Shown here in pieces: positions 24,964 through 32,000 of a stretch of DNA of 32,000 nucleotides. The stretch comes from Candidatus Iainarchaeum sp. (lineage in GTDB: Archaea > Iainarchaeota > Iainarchaeia > Iainarchaeales > VGJJ01), in NCBI GenBank assembly GCA_030688545.1, contig JAUYHT010000006.1, forward strand, positions 360,001 to 392,000, read 5' to 3'. Under the pieces are notes generated by a model, which saw only the letters and a list, made by a program, of their open reading frames with translations, ran no database searches and had not been told where the DNA came from. Made by a program: the position numbers and the translations under genes. Each line of letters begins with the position of its first letter. The stretch's first letter is position 1.

Positions 24964-25357
24964 TATCATTGTTTATGCTTTTGATCCCACCGTATCAGAA
25001 AAACATACAGTAGCTAAGCGAATAGTTGAACAAATAACCAAAGGAGAGACAACCGCTTGTATCAGTAATCAAATTTTAGCTGAAATGTCATCCGTATTAT
25101 TGGGAAAAACAATGGAACATAAAGAGCAGGTCCGACAATTTGTTGAATCTATTCAGCATATTCCGACATGGCAAATAGTACACTACACATCAAAAACAAT
25201 TGAAACAACCCTTCAAAGTATTGAGAAACAAAAAGACTTTTGGGATAACTTAATCGCCCAAACCATGCTTGAAAACGGCATCACCAAAATCTACACGGAA
25301 AACACGAAGGATTTTTCAAAAATAAAGGGGATTAAAGCGGTGAATCCGTTCAGGTGA
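24926..25357 (+). CDS. vapC: PIN-domain ribonuclease toxin VapC
   Basis: FLDTNIIVYAFD (first acidic residue), ISNQILAEM, and DNLIAQTMLENGITKIYTENTKDF. Start set at ATG 24926, which has AGGAGTGA upstream. Confidence 0.8.
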   Translation: MNPDSKNNFLDTNIIVYAFDPTVSEKHTVAKRIVEQITKGETTACISNQILAEMSSVLLGKTMEHKEQVRQFVESIQHIPTWQIVHYTSKTIETTLQSIEKQKDFWDNLIAQTMLENGITKIYTENTKDFSKIKGIKAVNPFR

Positions 25358-25715
25358 TTTTATTTTTATTTAAAAGATAAAAATTCAATATCTTCTTAGT
25401 TCCATTGCTCATTTTTATTTTATCCCCTTGATTCCACCAGACCAAATATTTGATTTCGTTTTTTGGTCTTTCATACCCTTTAGGCTTAATCAAAAAAACC
25501 TTATGATTCACACTAGTATTTACTTCAAACAAAAATTCACAAGAAACAGTTTCTAAATCAGTCTCTTCTTCTAATTCTCTTATCGCGGCCCTCCTCCTAC
25601 TCTCGCCTTTTCCAGCCCCGCCACCAGGAAGCATAAAAGTCCGATGTTTATCGGAAGCGAGTAATATTCCTTTTCCAGGAATATCCACAATAGCAGTGCC
25701 CCGTCTTCGAGTCAT
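25350..25715 (-). CDS. Small NUDIX hydrolase
   Basis: 121 aa. Nudix box GGGAGKGESRRRAAIRELEEETDL. The gene is AT-rich and converges on vapC with an 8 nt overlap. Confidence 0.75.
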   Translation of the reverse strand: MTRRRGTAIVDIPGKGILLASDKHRTFMLPGGGAGKGESRRRAAIRELEEETDLETVSCEFLFEVNTSVNHKVFLIKPKGYERPKNEIKYLVWWNQGDKIKMSNGTKKILNFYLLNKNKIT

Positions 25716-25753
25716 ATTTCATTCCGGAAATTTATTTTTAAGTTTACTAAGTC

Positions 25754-25804
25754 TCACAGTTTGATATTAAGCCAATTTACCTAAACCATTGTTTGATGTT
25801 CAGC
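25754..25804. repeat. Two 19-nt direct repeats CAYWGTTTGATRTTMAGCC in the AT-rich DNA downstream of orc1/cdc6
   Basis: CACAGTTTGATATTAAGCC at 25754-25772 and CATTGTTTGATGTTCAGCC at 25786-25804, matching at 15 of 19 positions with starts 32 nt apart. Confidence 0.6.
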
Positions 25805-26019
25805 CATATCTGAACTCCGAGTATACCAATTATTAAAGAAAAATTTGTCGTTGAAAATGTTTCGGCATTAACGAAGTAATTGTAAAGAACCCAGAAAAAC
25901 AGGAAAACCTGAATAAATTTAGGAATTCTACGAATATGGAAAAGCCGATGACGCGTATGGTCGTTAAAATGTTTAGGTGGGTGTCCGCCATTAGGCATAT
26001 GCCATAAATCTATCAACAC
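25777..26019 (-). CDS. Doubtful small membrane-protein ORF (80 aa)
   Basis: Two hydrophobic stretches, but the ORF lies in very AT-rich DNA, where F/I/L/K/N-rich ORFs arise by chance. It overlaps the repeat elements. Confidence 0.25.
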   Translation of the reverse strand: MLIDLWHMPNGGHPPKHFNDHTRHRLFHIRRIPKFIQVFLFFWVLYNYFVNAETFSTTNFSLIIGILGVQIWLNIKQWFR

Positions 26020-26058
26020 AATAAAAAACTTATCTTGTAATGAGAAAAATAGCCAAAT

Positions 26059-27309
26059 CTACCCCGCAAATTCCTTTTCCAGCACTTCCTTGATCTTCTG
26101 CGCATCCACTTTGAGTTTGATGAAGCGGGTTTGTCCTTTGACCCCGGGGCCGGAGGCCGTAGTGACGATCAGCCCGTACATCTCCAGCTGGTTGATGTAT
26201 TCCCGGTACCACCGGGCGCTCACCGTGTCGTCGAAATTGAATTTTTTGGCGGTGCGCTCGTATTCCTCATATACCTCTCCCGAATACAAAACCCCCTCCA
26301 TGCGTTCCCCGGAGAGGGTCTGCACGGGTTTCTTGTGCTGGGTAAGGGCGGCGATGGTGTATAGTACCAGTTTCTCGTGATCAGGGAGCACAGTAACGTG
26401 TTCCAATATGATTTCCTGCTCCACCGAGGCCCGCGCCGATTTCACGTGCTGGTCCATCACTTTAGTTAGGTGTTGATCGTCCGCGAGTTCTCCGGCGCGC
26501 AGGAGTAGTTTGATGGCGGTGCGCGCATCCCCGCTCTCTTGAGCCGCGAGGGCGGCGGCCAATGAAATGGCCCCATTTTCCACCGCGTCCTTCTGAAATG
26601 CCTCTTGCACGCGCTGTTCGAGGATGGTGCGCAACTGCTCCGCGTTGTAGGGAGGAAATATCATCTCCTGCTGGCACAATGAGGATTTGGTGCGGGGATC
26701 CAAGGCGTCCTTGAAGAGCAAATTGTTGGATATCCCAATGATGCTGATTCCCCCCACCTGCAATTCGTCATTGCTCCGGGTGAGGGCATAAATGAGTTCG
26801 TCCAAGTCGCGGACTTTGTCCAATTCATCCAAGACGAGAATAAAATGGGTGGATGTTTCCCGGACGAATGATATGAGCTTCTCGTAGAGGTAGGCGGCGG
26901 AATATCCTTGAAAGGCCCTATCGGGCTGATCAGGAAAGAGTTCCCGAAGGGATTTGAGCAATACTTTGTATTTCTTGTTGTGGGTCCGACAGTTGATGTA
27001 GACGTGGCGGATTTTGAGCTGTTTCTGCTGGGCGAATAGGAGGAGCTCGTCCATCACATGCTTTGTGGTCGATGTCTTACCCGTGCCGGGTTTGCCATAG
27101 ATGAATAGGTTGTCTGGTCTCTGGCCCCGCAAGGTCACCGCCACAATCCGGCTGATGCTCGTCTGCTGGTCCTCCCGGAAAGGAAGATTTTGGGGGGTGT
27201 AATGGGGCATGATCTTATTTCTATCTAGAAAAACCGTGGGTTTAGAGAACTCAGCTTCGAACATGTTCTGCAAACCCATGGGACCAACCTCCCAGGTAGA
27301 AGGAGCCAC
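26059..27309 (-). CDS. cdc6: Orc1/Cdc6 replication initiator (AAA+ plus winged helix)
   Basis: Walker A IYGKPGTGKTSTT, Walker B LVLDELD, sensor regions, and a C-terminal wHTH. The likelier start is ATG 27279 (MGLQNMF), which has GGGAGGT 8 nt upstream. A TTAAATA box lies at about 27315-27322. Confidence 0.92.
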   Translation of the reverse strand: MAPSTWEVGPMGLQNMFEAEFSKPTVFLDRNKIMPHYTPQNLPFREDQQTSISRIVAVTLRGQRPDNLFIYGKPGTGKTSTTKHVMDELLLFAQQKQLKIRHVYINCRTHNKKYKVLLKSLRELFPDQPDRAFQGYSAAYLYEKLISFVRETSTHFILVLDELDKVRDLDELIYALTRSNDELQVGGISIIGISNNLLFKDALDPRTKSSLCQQEMIFPPYNAEQLRTILEQRVQEAFQKDAVENGAISLAAALAAQESGDARTAIKLLLRAGELADDQHLTKVMDQHVKSARASVEQEIILEHVTVLPDHEKLVLYTIAALTQHKKPVQTLSGERMEGVLYSGEVYEEYERTAKKFNFDDTVSARWYREYINQLEMYGLIVTTASGPGVKGQTRFIKLKVDAQKIKEVLEKEFAG

Positions 27310-27415
27310 AACCTATTTAACGCTCAAGGGTTCGCCTTTCGAAAGACAGGTTTAATAATGCGTAAAGCGTAATAGGAAACAACAGTCCTTTTGATTAGGA
27401 GAGGGGGTATCCATA

Positions 27416-27784
27416 ATGGGCTTTTTAGACAAAGTATTCACCAGCCAGACCGAACAGGTCGATGTGGAGGAATTCCTCAACAACATGGATGTGGAGGAAG
27501 AGGCGATCGTGGAGGATGCGGACGCCTATGTTAAATCCGTCACCCTAAGGGGGGTTGAGGACGTTCGCGCCATCGAGCATGAACTCAAGGAAGGAAATTT
27601 GGTCTTGATGAACATCGAGGACGCCCAGAAACGCAACCCCAAGGGATTGCGAGATTTGGTGGTTTCGGTGAAAGACGTGGTTTCCCAGATAGATGGGGAT
27701 ATCGCGGGGATCGCCCAGGGAAGGCTTTTAGCCACCCCGGCCCGCGTCAAGATCATGAAGCGCAAGAGCACCGGTTTTCAATAA
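27416..27784 (+). CDS. sepF: SepF-like cell division protein (DUF552)
   Basis: 122 aa. VKSVTLRGVEDVRAIEHELKEGNLVLMNIEDAQ...LRDLVVSVKDVVSQIDGDIAGI matches the SepF C-terminal domain. SD GGAGAGGGGG lies upstream. Confidence 0.8.
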   Translation: MGFLDKVFTSQTEQVDVEEFLNNMDVEEEAIVEDADAYVKSVTLRGVEDVRAIEHELKEGNLVLMNIEDAQKRNPKGLRDLVVSVKDVVSQIDGDIAGIAQGRLLATPARVKIMKRKSTGFQ

Positions 27785-27805
27785 TAGCCTCATTGTTTTG
27801 AGGGA

Positions 27806-27845
27806 GGGCCCCATTCCAGGAATGGCGCCCCACCTTTCTTTTTCA
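27806..27845 (+). terminator. Palindrome GGGCCCCATTCC-A-GGAATGGCGCCC followed by a T-rich tract
   Basis: CCATTCC at 27811-27817 and GGAATGG at 27819-27825, flanked by GGGCC / GCGCCC and followed by CTTTCTTTTT. It could be the sepF terminator or a protein-binding palindrome. Confidence 0.45.
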
Positions 27846-27887
27846 CCATCTCCTTTTTCTACCCTGATTTGATTTCCTTCCCGTATA

Positions 27888-28658
27888 ATGAAAGATAAAA
27901 TGCCCCACTTGCCTCCGGTCCTTTCTCTAGAAGAGGCCATATCCCTTGTGGAGGATGAGCTCGCGGCCAATGAATGGCATGACGTGGAGGTGCCCAAACC
28001 CACGTTGGAGTTTGTCCCCTATTTCATTTTCCATTTTGATTTTTTCGTGGAATCCCAAGATAGTGAAGAAGGGAGGAAGGGCGCCCGGCACGTGGAAGAA
28101 AGCGTGGAGGGGGTGTCAGCGCTGAATGCGGTGACCAATAAATTGGAGGGGGAGGTCGCGGATCGTTTGGAGCTCGAACAGGTGGCCGAGGAATACACCC
28201 ATCCTAAGAATGTTCACGTGACCATCAAACAGCCCCGCTTCGAGAAGGAGGAGGTCAAACCCTCCGTGCAGATCAAGATCGCGGCCCAGGAACAAGTACC
28301 CCGGGGCCATGTTCATATCTCTGGATTAATGTTAGTGTATTTTCCTTTCTGGAGGCTCACTGTGGACCTAGACGGGGAAACAACCTCTTTGCGCATGGAT
28401 GCGGTCGCGGGGGAACTGGAAGGAGCGGGAGAAATCATCCCTTTCCGGGGGAAGACGCGGGGCGAGGTGTTCAAGGAAACCCTTTCGGATCTGCGCTCGG
28501 CCTGGAATTGGGTGCAGTATACTCGCGAACTTTTTCATGATGTATGGGCCACCCTCAACCCGAATGCTCCCAACCCGGCTAACTATTGGTTGATCATCTA
28601 CTTCCTTGTAGCCATCATCCTCATCCTATTAGCCATCGGCCTGATTCCCACTTCATAA
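27888..28658 (+). CDS. Hypothetical C-terminally membrane-anchored protein with an internal duplication
   Basis: 256 aa. Two similar segments: EFVPYFIFHFDFFVE...VSALNAVTNKLEGE (aa ~41-88) and LVYFPFWRLTVDLDGETTSLRMDAVAGELEG (aa ~149-179). C-terminal TM YWLIIYFLVAIILILLAIGLI. Confidence 0.6.
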   Translation: MKDKMPHLPPVLSLEEAISLVEDELAANEWHDVEVPKPTLEFVPYFIFHFDFFVESQDSEEGRKGARHVEESVEGVSALNAVTNKLEGEVADRLELEQVAEEYTHPKNVHVTIKQPRFEKEEVKPSVQIKIAAQEQVPRGHVHISGLMLVYFPFWRLTVDLDGETTSLRMDAVAGELEGAGEIIPFRGKTRGEVFKETLSDLRSAWNWVQYTRELFHDVWATLNPNAPNPANYWLIIYFLVAIILILLAIGLIPTS

Positions 28659-28722
28659 TAAAAAAATAGTTTGCCATCGATAATGACTCATCTCGGATAA
28701 TGTTCAGCGTGAATCGGCCGCC

Positions 28723-28773
28723 GGGAGGGTGTAACCCTCCCTCGTCCCTCGGGGCGCACGCTCGAAAGCGTGC
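28723..28773. terminator. Two GC-rich hairpins between the convergent 27888..28658 gene and polC
   Basis: GGGAGGG (28723-28729) pairs with CCCTCCC (28735-28741). GCACGCT (28756-28762) pairs with AGCGTGC (28767-28773), abutting the polC stop codon. Confidence 0.45.
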
Positions 28774-31700
28774 TTAGGCAAACTCGAACAATGATTTCTG
28801 CGTCTGTTTCTCAGGGGGAAAAACCGCGTCGATTTCTGTTTCCGCGAGCTGGATGCGTTGCTTAAGATATTGGGATAAGTTATGCGTATGGATAATTTTC
28901 TTGGCGATCTCCAGGTATTTGCGCACGCTCCCTTGGGCAATGGTGAGGATGATGTTGCCATTCTCGCATTTCTGGCAGTTTCCCGTGAGGGGAATGCGGC
29001 GGTATTTGGCGTTGCATTTGGTGCAGCGGAATGTTTGTCTTGAAAAGGCCCGCGTGTTACCAATGATATCCGGAAACAGATGCGACACCACCACCCGTTC
29101 CATGGAATCGATGAAGTGCACGGGGGCCAATCGGGCTTGGAGCTTGGCCTGGGCCTGGAGCTTGTCATCCATGCTCTCCAGGCGGGTATAACTGCTTTGC
29201 GTGGGCCCCCCATCAAACCGGGGGGTAGGATGAGTGAACCCGAGTTGGGTGTATTGGTCTTCGTTACCCAGCTTCAGTTTCACGATGGGTACATCCGATA
29301 TTTTTGGTTCCGAATAGAGTAATGTTTTCTCGTAGAATGATACTGGATATCGAGTGCAGGTTTCCATCTCGTACACCTCATCATCAATTTCCTGAGGGTT
29401 CAGCGCGAGGGTGAACACGAGGGGGGCGTCCATTCGTCCACCCCGGGAGTGGGACAAGTAGGAGTGGGAGAAATTGAGCAAGGCGTCCATGAGGAGCATC
29501 ACCGAATCCTGATCCCCGTCCACGTTTCTTCTTTTGCACATAATGAAGTAGGGGTGTCCCCACCCCAAACGGGATTTGGTAAACCCGATGACGCGTCCCA
29601 CGATCCCGGCGCTCGTATGAGGGGCGAGGCCGATGACCAATTGGCCGATGACATCCTCTTTGGTTTGGGCGTTGAAGTGGGGGGGCAGTTTGTAGAATTT
29701 GGTCAGCAGGTCATCCGAGTATTTCATGGCGCGCAATAGCCAATCCCCACACCCTTCATTTACTACAATATCCTGGGGGAATAATTCCACGAGCTGATCC
29801 CCTTTCTCCAGAGGATTACCATGCATGTCATGCGAATACCCCAGCGCATGCGCCCGATCGATGCTCATCCCCAATTCGTCGGGGTAGAAATGGGTGAGCG
29901 GGGCATTCAATAGTTCAAACCGACTGGTACCATCCCGGAATACATGCAAATCGTGCTTGGCGCGCAAAATCCCTTTTTCAAGAGGCTCGGCTTTCTTGGT
30001 GTCGGAGATAAGTCCTTTCACTCCTTTCACGGGCTCGGGGATGCGTTCCGAGAGATTTTTAGCGGCCCATTCGAGGTGCTCCCGCACATCCACCGAATGC
30101 GCGACCCCAACCTTCGTAGGAGAGCCGCACCGGGAACAAATGGGGGTGAGGGAGAGGGCGCCACATTCTTTATTAGTGCATCCGAGTTGGGCGATGGTGA
30201 TTTGGTCACACGGCACGCAATGCTTGGAGGCCATGAGCCGGTGGCAGGTGGGGCATTCGTAGAGGGCGATTTCGGTGAGGACCTTTCCGGTGGATGGGTT
30301 AGTTGTGCGTGTCTTACTCATGACGAGTCCGGCCGCCCGGTTGATGCTGCGCGTGTTTCCTCCCGCGATTCCAATAGGAAAGAGGACGTGGGGGTTGCCC
30401 TTCATCGTGCGGGGGGTGGCCGCTTCCGGTCGCCCCATGCGTCCTCCGGAGAATACTCCCGCCCGGTCCAAGATGGGAATGCCGGCAGCAGTTGAAAGGA
30501 GATCAAGCGTGTTTTGGTCTTCGGCCGGGAGAGGGAGGGGGTGGCGAAGAAATAGGCGCAGGGCCTCTGACACGTCTTCGTCGAACACCAGTTTCTCATT
30601 ATTTATCCTATGAGGGATTCCGGCGCGTTCCAATAGTCGTTTCAGAGTAGGAGGAAGGAGAAGAAGACCCATTCCCATCACGTCATCATTCGCCGCGCGG
30701 ATGGCCGCCACTATTTCCCGTGTTTCCTCCGGGGTCCAGATGCGGTAAAACCAGGTGTGGTGGGGGTGGAGGGGAATAGTGAGTTGTTCCGATATCGCAA
30801 TAGCGTCTTGTATTGAGGGGGTTTGGAATGGATTCTGGAGATAGGGTTGCGTGTCCACCCGTGTTTTTTTTCCCTCGTGTTGCGCGCGTTCAACGAGACC
30901 CACCCACCATTCGGGAACAAAGGGGCTGGGGACCAATGGGTGCGCGGCCTTCCTGAAATCCCCGATGGTGATGAGCATGTCTCCCAGGAATAGGATTTTT
31001 TCCACGTGAGGTCGAATGGCTTGGGCATCAGGGAGGGTGTTCACTTGTTTCACTGTGCCGTCCTTGAGGAGCACCGTGGGGCCATCAATGCTTTCCACTG
31101 GAAATATCTGCGCGGCCTTCCCTGGCCGTTCGATGCGCATGTGCGTTCCCACGGCGATGAAATCATCCAGAATATGCATGAGAGCAGGATTGAAGGCTTT
31201 TCCAGCGATTCCGGTGTTTCGGCTTCGGCCATACCGGATGCGGAATCCCCCCCACTCCAAGGGGTAGGCGAGCAGGGGTCTCCCGGCCGCGACCCCTTCT
31301 AGGTATTTCCAGTTGGGTTTCATCTCCACAATCTGATCGGCCTTCTTCTCCACTTTGATGAATTTTTCAAGGAAGCTCCAATCCAACCCCAGGCGCTTGG
31401 CCCACGACATCACTTTCTGGGCCTTCAAACCCAATCCTTCGGTTACCACTAATCCCATGCCCCCTCGGATACGGTTGCTGGGAATACGAAGAAGGTTGCG
31501 GTGCGCAGTGACCTCCATTTCTTCCGTGGGAATGCCATTGATGCAAACCGGGCATCCCGATACGATAATCCTAATTTCATCCAGGGAGAGTTTAATTTGA
31601 CGGGACACGATGTCGGTTTGGTAAGTATTGACTTCCTCCGCGTAGCGTTCCACTTCCTCTGGAGTGGGGGTGTAGGATCCCAGTTTCAATAGTTTTTGGG

Positions 31701-32000
31701 CGTAATCCCCCAGGATGAGAGGCAGCACGGCCGCGCTTCCTCCCGCGGCACGGATGGGTCCGGCGAAATAGATGTCCACGTATTTGGTTCCATCAGTATT
31801 GCGCGTGAGCTTCACATAAGGCAACCCGTCCAGGGGGGCGACCACCACCCCTTCCGTCATGATGACCATACAGGTCTTGATTCCCTGCTCCACCCGTTTC
31901 TCGTCATCCGGTTCAATATACCACCCTTCCTCCTGGAGAACGATTTCCTTGAAAATGGCGAACAGGGCGTCCATGCGGTCGTTGTGAATAACCAATAATT
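28774..32000 (-). CDS. polC: DNA polymerase II (PolD) large subunit DP2. The N-terminus lies beyond the window edge.
   Basis: More than 1073 aa, open to the window end with no in-frame stop upstream of 31995. Conserved DP2 blocks include VVAPLDGLPYV...FAGPIRAAGGSAAV and the C-terminal Zn module FRCTKCNAKYRRIPLTGNCQKCENGNIILT. No intein-sized insertion is evident. Confidence 0.93.
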   Translation of the reverse strand, partial: LLVIHNDRMDALFAIFKEIVLQEEGWYIEPDDEKRVEQGIKTCMVIMTEGVVVAPLDGLPYVKLTRNTDGTKYVDIYFAGPIRAAGGSAAVLPLILGDYAQKLLKLGSYTPTPEEVERYAEEVNTYQTDIVSRQIKLSLDEIRIIVSGCPVCINGIPTEEMEVTAHRNLLRIPSNRIRGGMGLVVTEGLGLKAQKVMSWAKRLGLDWSFLEKFIKVEKKADQIVEMKPNWKYLEGVAAGRPLLAYPLEWGGFRIRYGRSRNTGIAGKAFNPALMHILDDFIAVGTHMRIERPGKAAQIFPVESIDGPTVLLKDGTVKQVNTLPDAQAIRPHVEKILFLGDMLITIGDFRKAAHPLVPSPFVPEWWVGLVERAQHEGKKTRVDTQPYLQNPFQTPSIQDAIAISEQLTIPLHPHHTWFYRIWTPEETREIVAAIRAANDDVMGMGLLLLPPTLKRLLERAGIPHRINNEKLVFDEDVSEALRLFLRHPLPLPAEDQNTLDLLSTAAGIPILDRAGVFSGGRMGRPEAATPRTMKGNPHVLFPIGIAGGNTRSINRAAGLVMSKTRTTNPSTGKVLTEIALYECPTCHRLMASKHCVPCDQITIAQLGCTNKECGALSLTPICSRCGSPTKVGVAHSVDVREHLEWAAKNLSERIPEPVKGVKGLISDTKKAEPLEKGILRAKHDLHVFRDGTSRFELLNAPLTHFYPDELGMSIDRAHALGYSHDMHGNPLEKGDQLVELFPQDIVVNEGCGDWLLRAMKYSDDLLTKFYKLPPHFNAQTKEDVIGQLVIGLAPHTSAGIVGRVIGFTKSRLGWGHPYFIMCKRRNVDGDQDSVMLLMDALLNFSHSYLSHSRGGRMDAPLVFTLALNPQEIDDEVYEMETCTRYPVSFYEKTLLYSEPKISDVPIVKLKLGNEDQYTQLGFTHPTPRFDGGPTQSSYTRLESMDDKLQAQAKLQARLAPVHFIDSMERVVVSHLFPDIIGNTRAFSRQTFRCTKCNAKYRRIPLTGNCQKCENGNIILTIAQGSVRKYLEIAKKIIHTHNLSQYLKQRIQLAETEIDAVFPPEKQTQKSLFEFA

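Noticed and set aside
27336-27345. Palindrome CTTTCGAAAG in the cdc6/sepF divergent promoter, considered as an origin element.
   Set aside because: It is a single 10-nt palindrome in a 106 nt spacer already filled by two TATA boxes and an SD. This is too short and too unrepeated to call an ORB or origin, though it may be a regulator site.
31092-31105. TTTCCACTGGAAAT, a near-palindrome resembling the archaeal ORB core (TCCAGTGGAAA-like).
   Set aside because: It is a single copy inside the conserved DP2 coding sequence, with no flanking AT-rich unwinding element and no partner repeats. It is most likely coincidental.
1-32000. CRISPR arrays, tRNA or rRNA genes, transposases or integrases, reverse transcriptase or DGR template-variable repeat pairs, and inteins in polC, cdc6 or hel308.
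   Set aside because: I scanned for regularly spaced repeats, T-loop-like GTTCGAATC/GTTCAAATC motifs with flanking stems, and for oversized insertions in conserved proteins. None was found. A by-eye scan can miss divergent tRNAs, so tRNAscan-SE should confirm this.

Overview
The window is an archaeal chromosomal segment. The gene set includes PolD large subunit DP2, Orc1/Cdc6, aCPSF1/FttA, proteasome beta, NAC, SepF, Hel308, geranylgeranyl reductase and a Fap7-like kinase. PolD plus SepF points to a euryarchaeal or DPANN-like lineage rather than a crenarchaeon; I cannot be more precise from sequence alone. Coding density is high. Most promoters appear to be TATA boxes about 25 nt upstream of leaderless ATGs, while internal operon genes carry GGAGG/GGTGA Shine-Dalgarno motifs. 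The supplied ORF track uses alternative starts and over-extends several N-termini; I give likelier starts where the sequence supports them. A GT4 glycosyltransferase running off the left edge (1..888, minus) is missing from the track. No rRNA, tRNA, CRISPR array, transposase, integrase or reverse transcriptase was seen. Things worth a second look: (1) a ~300 nt GC-rich, helix-rich, ORF-poor block in a 715 nt gap, with promoter- and terminator-like signals, which may be a divergent RNase P or SRP RNA or an unclassified RNA; (2) a tri-domain MtrA-like / thymidylate-synthase / DUF4346-like protein, divergently paired with a nucleoside 2-deoxyribosyltransferase-like gene and preceded by three unknown genes; (3) two AT-rich islets carrying toxin-antitoxin-like modules, one with a DUF4258-like gene plus a Zn-ribbon-AbrB fusion, the other with VapBC plus a small NUDIX; (4) a lipoprotein with four C-x-x-NPW...EWL modules; (5) an uncharacterised, internally duplicated membrane protein between sepF and polC; (6) several short repeat and palindrome elements. 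No single complete novel system can be proven from sequence alone. All functional calls rest on motif recognition by eye.
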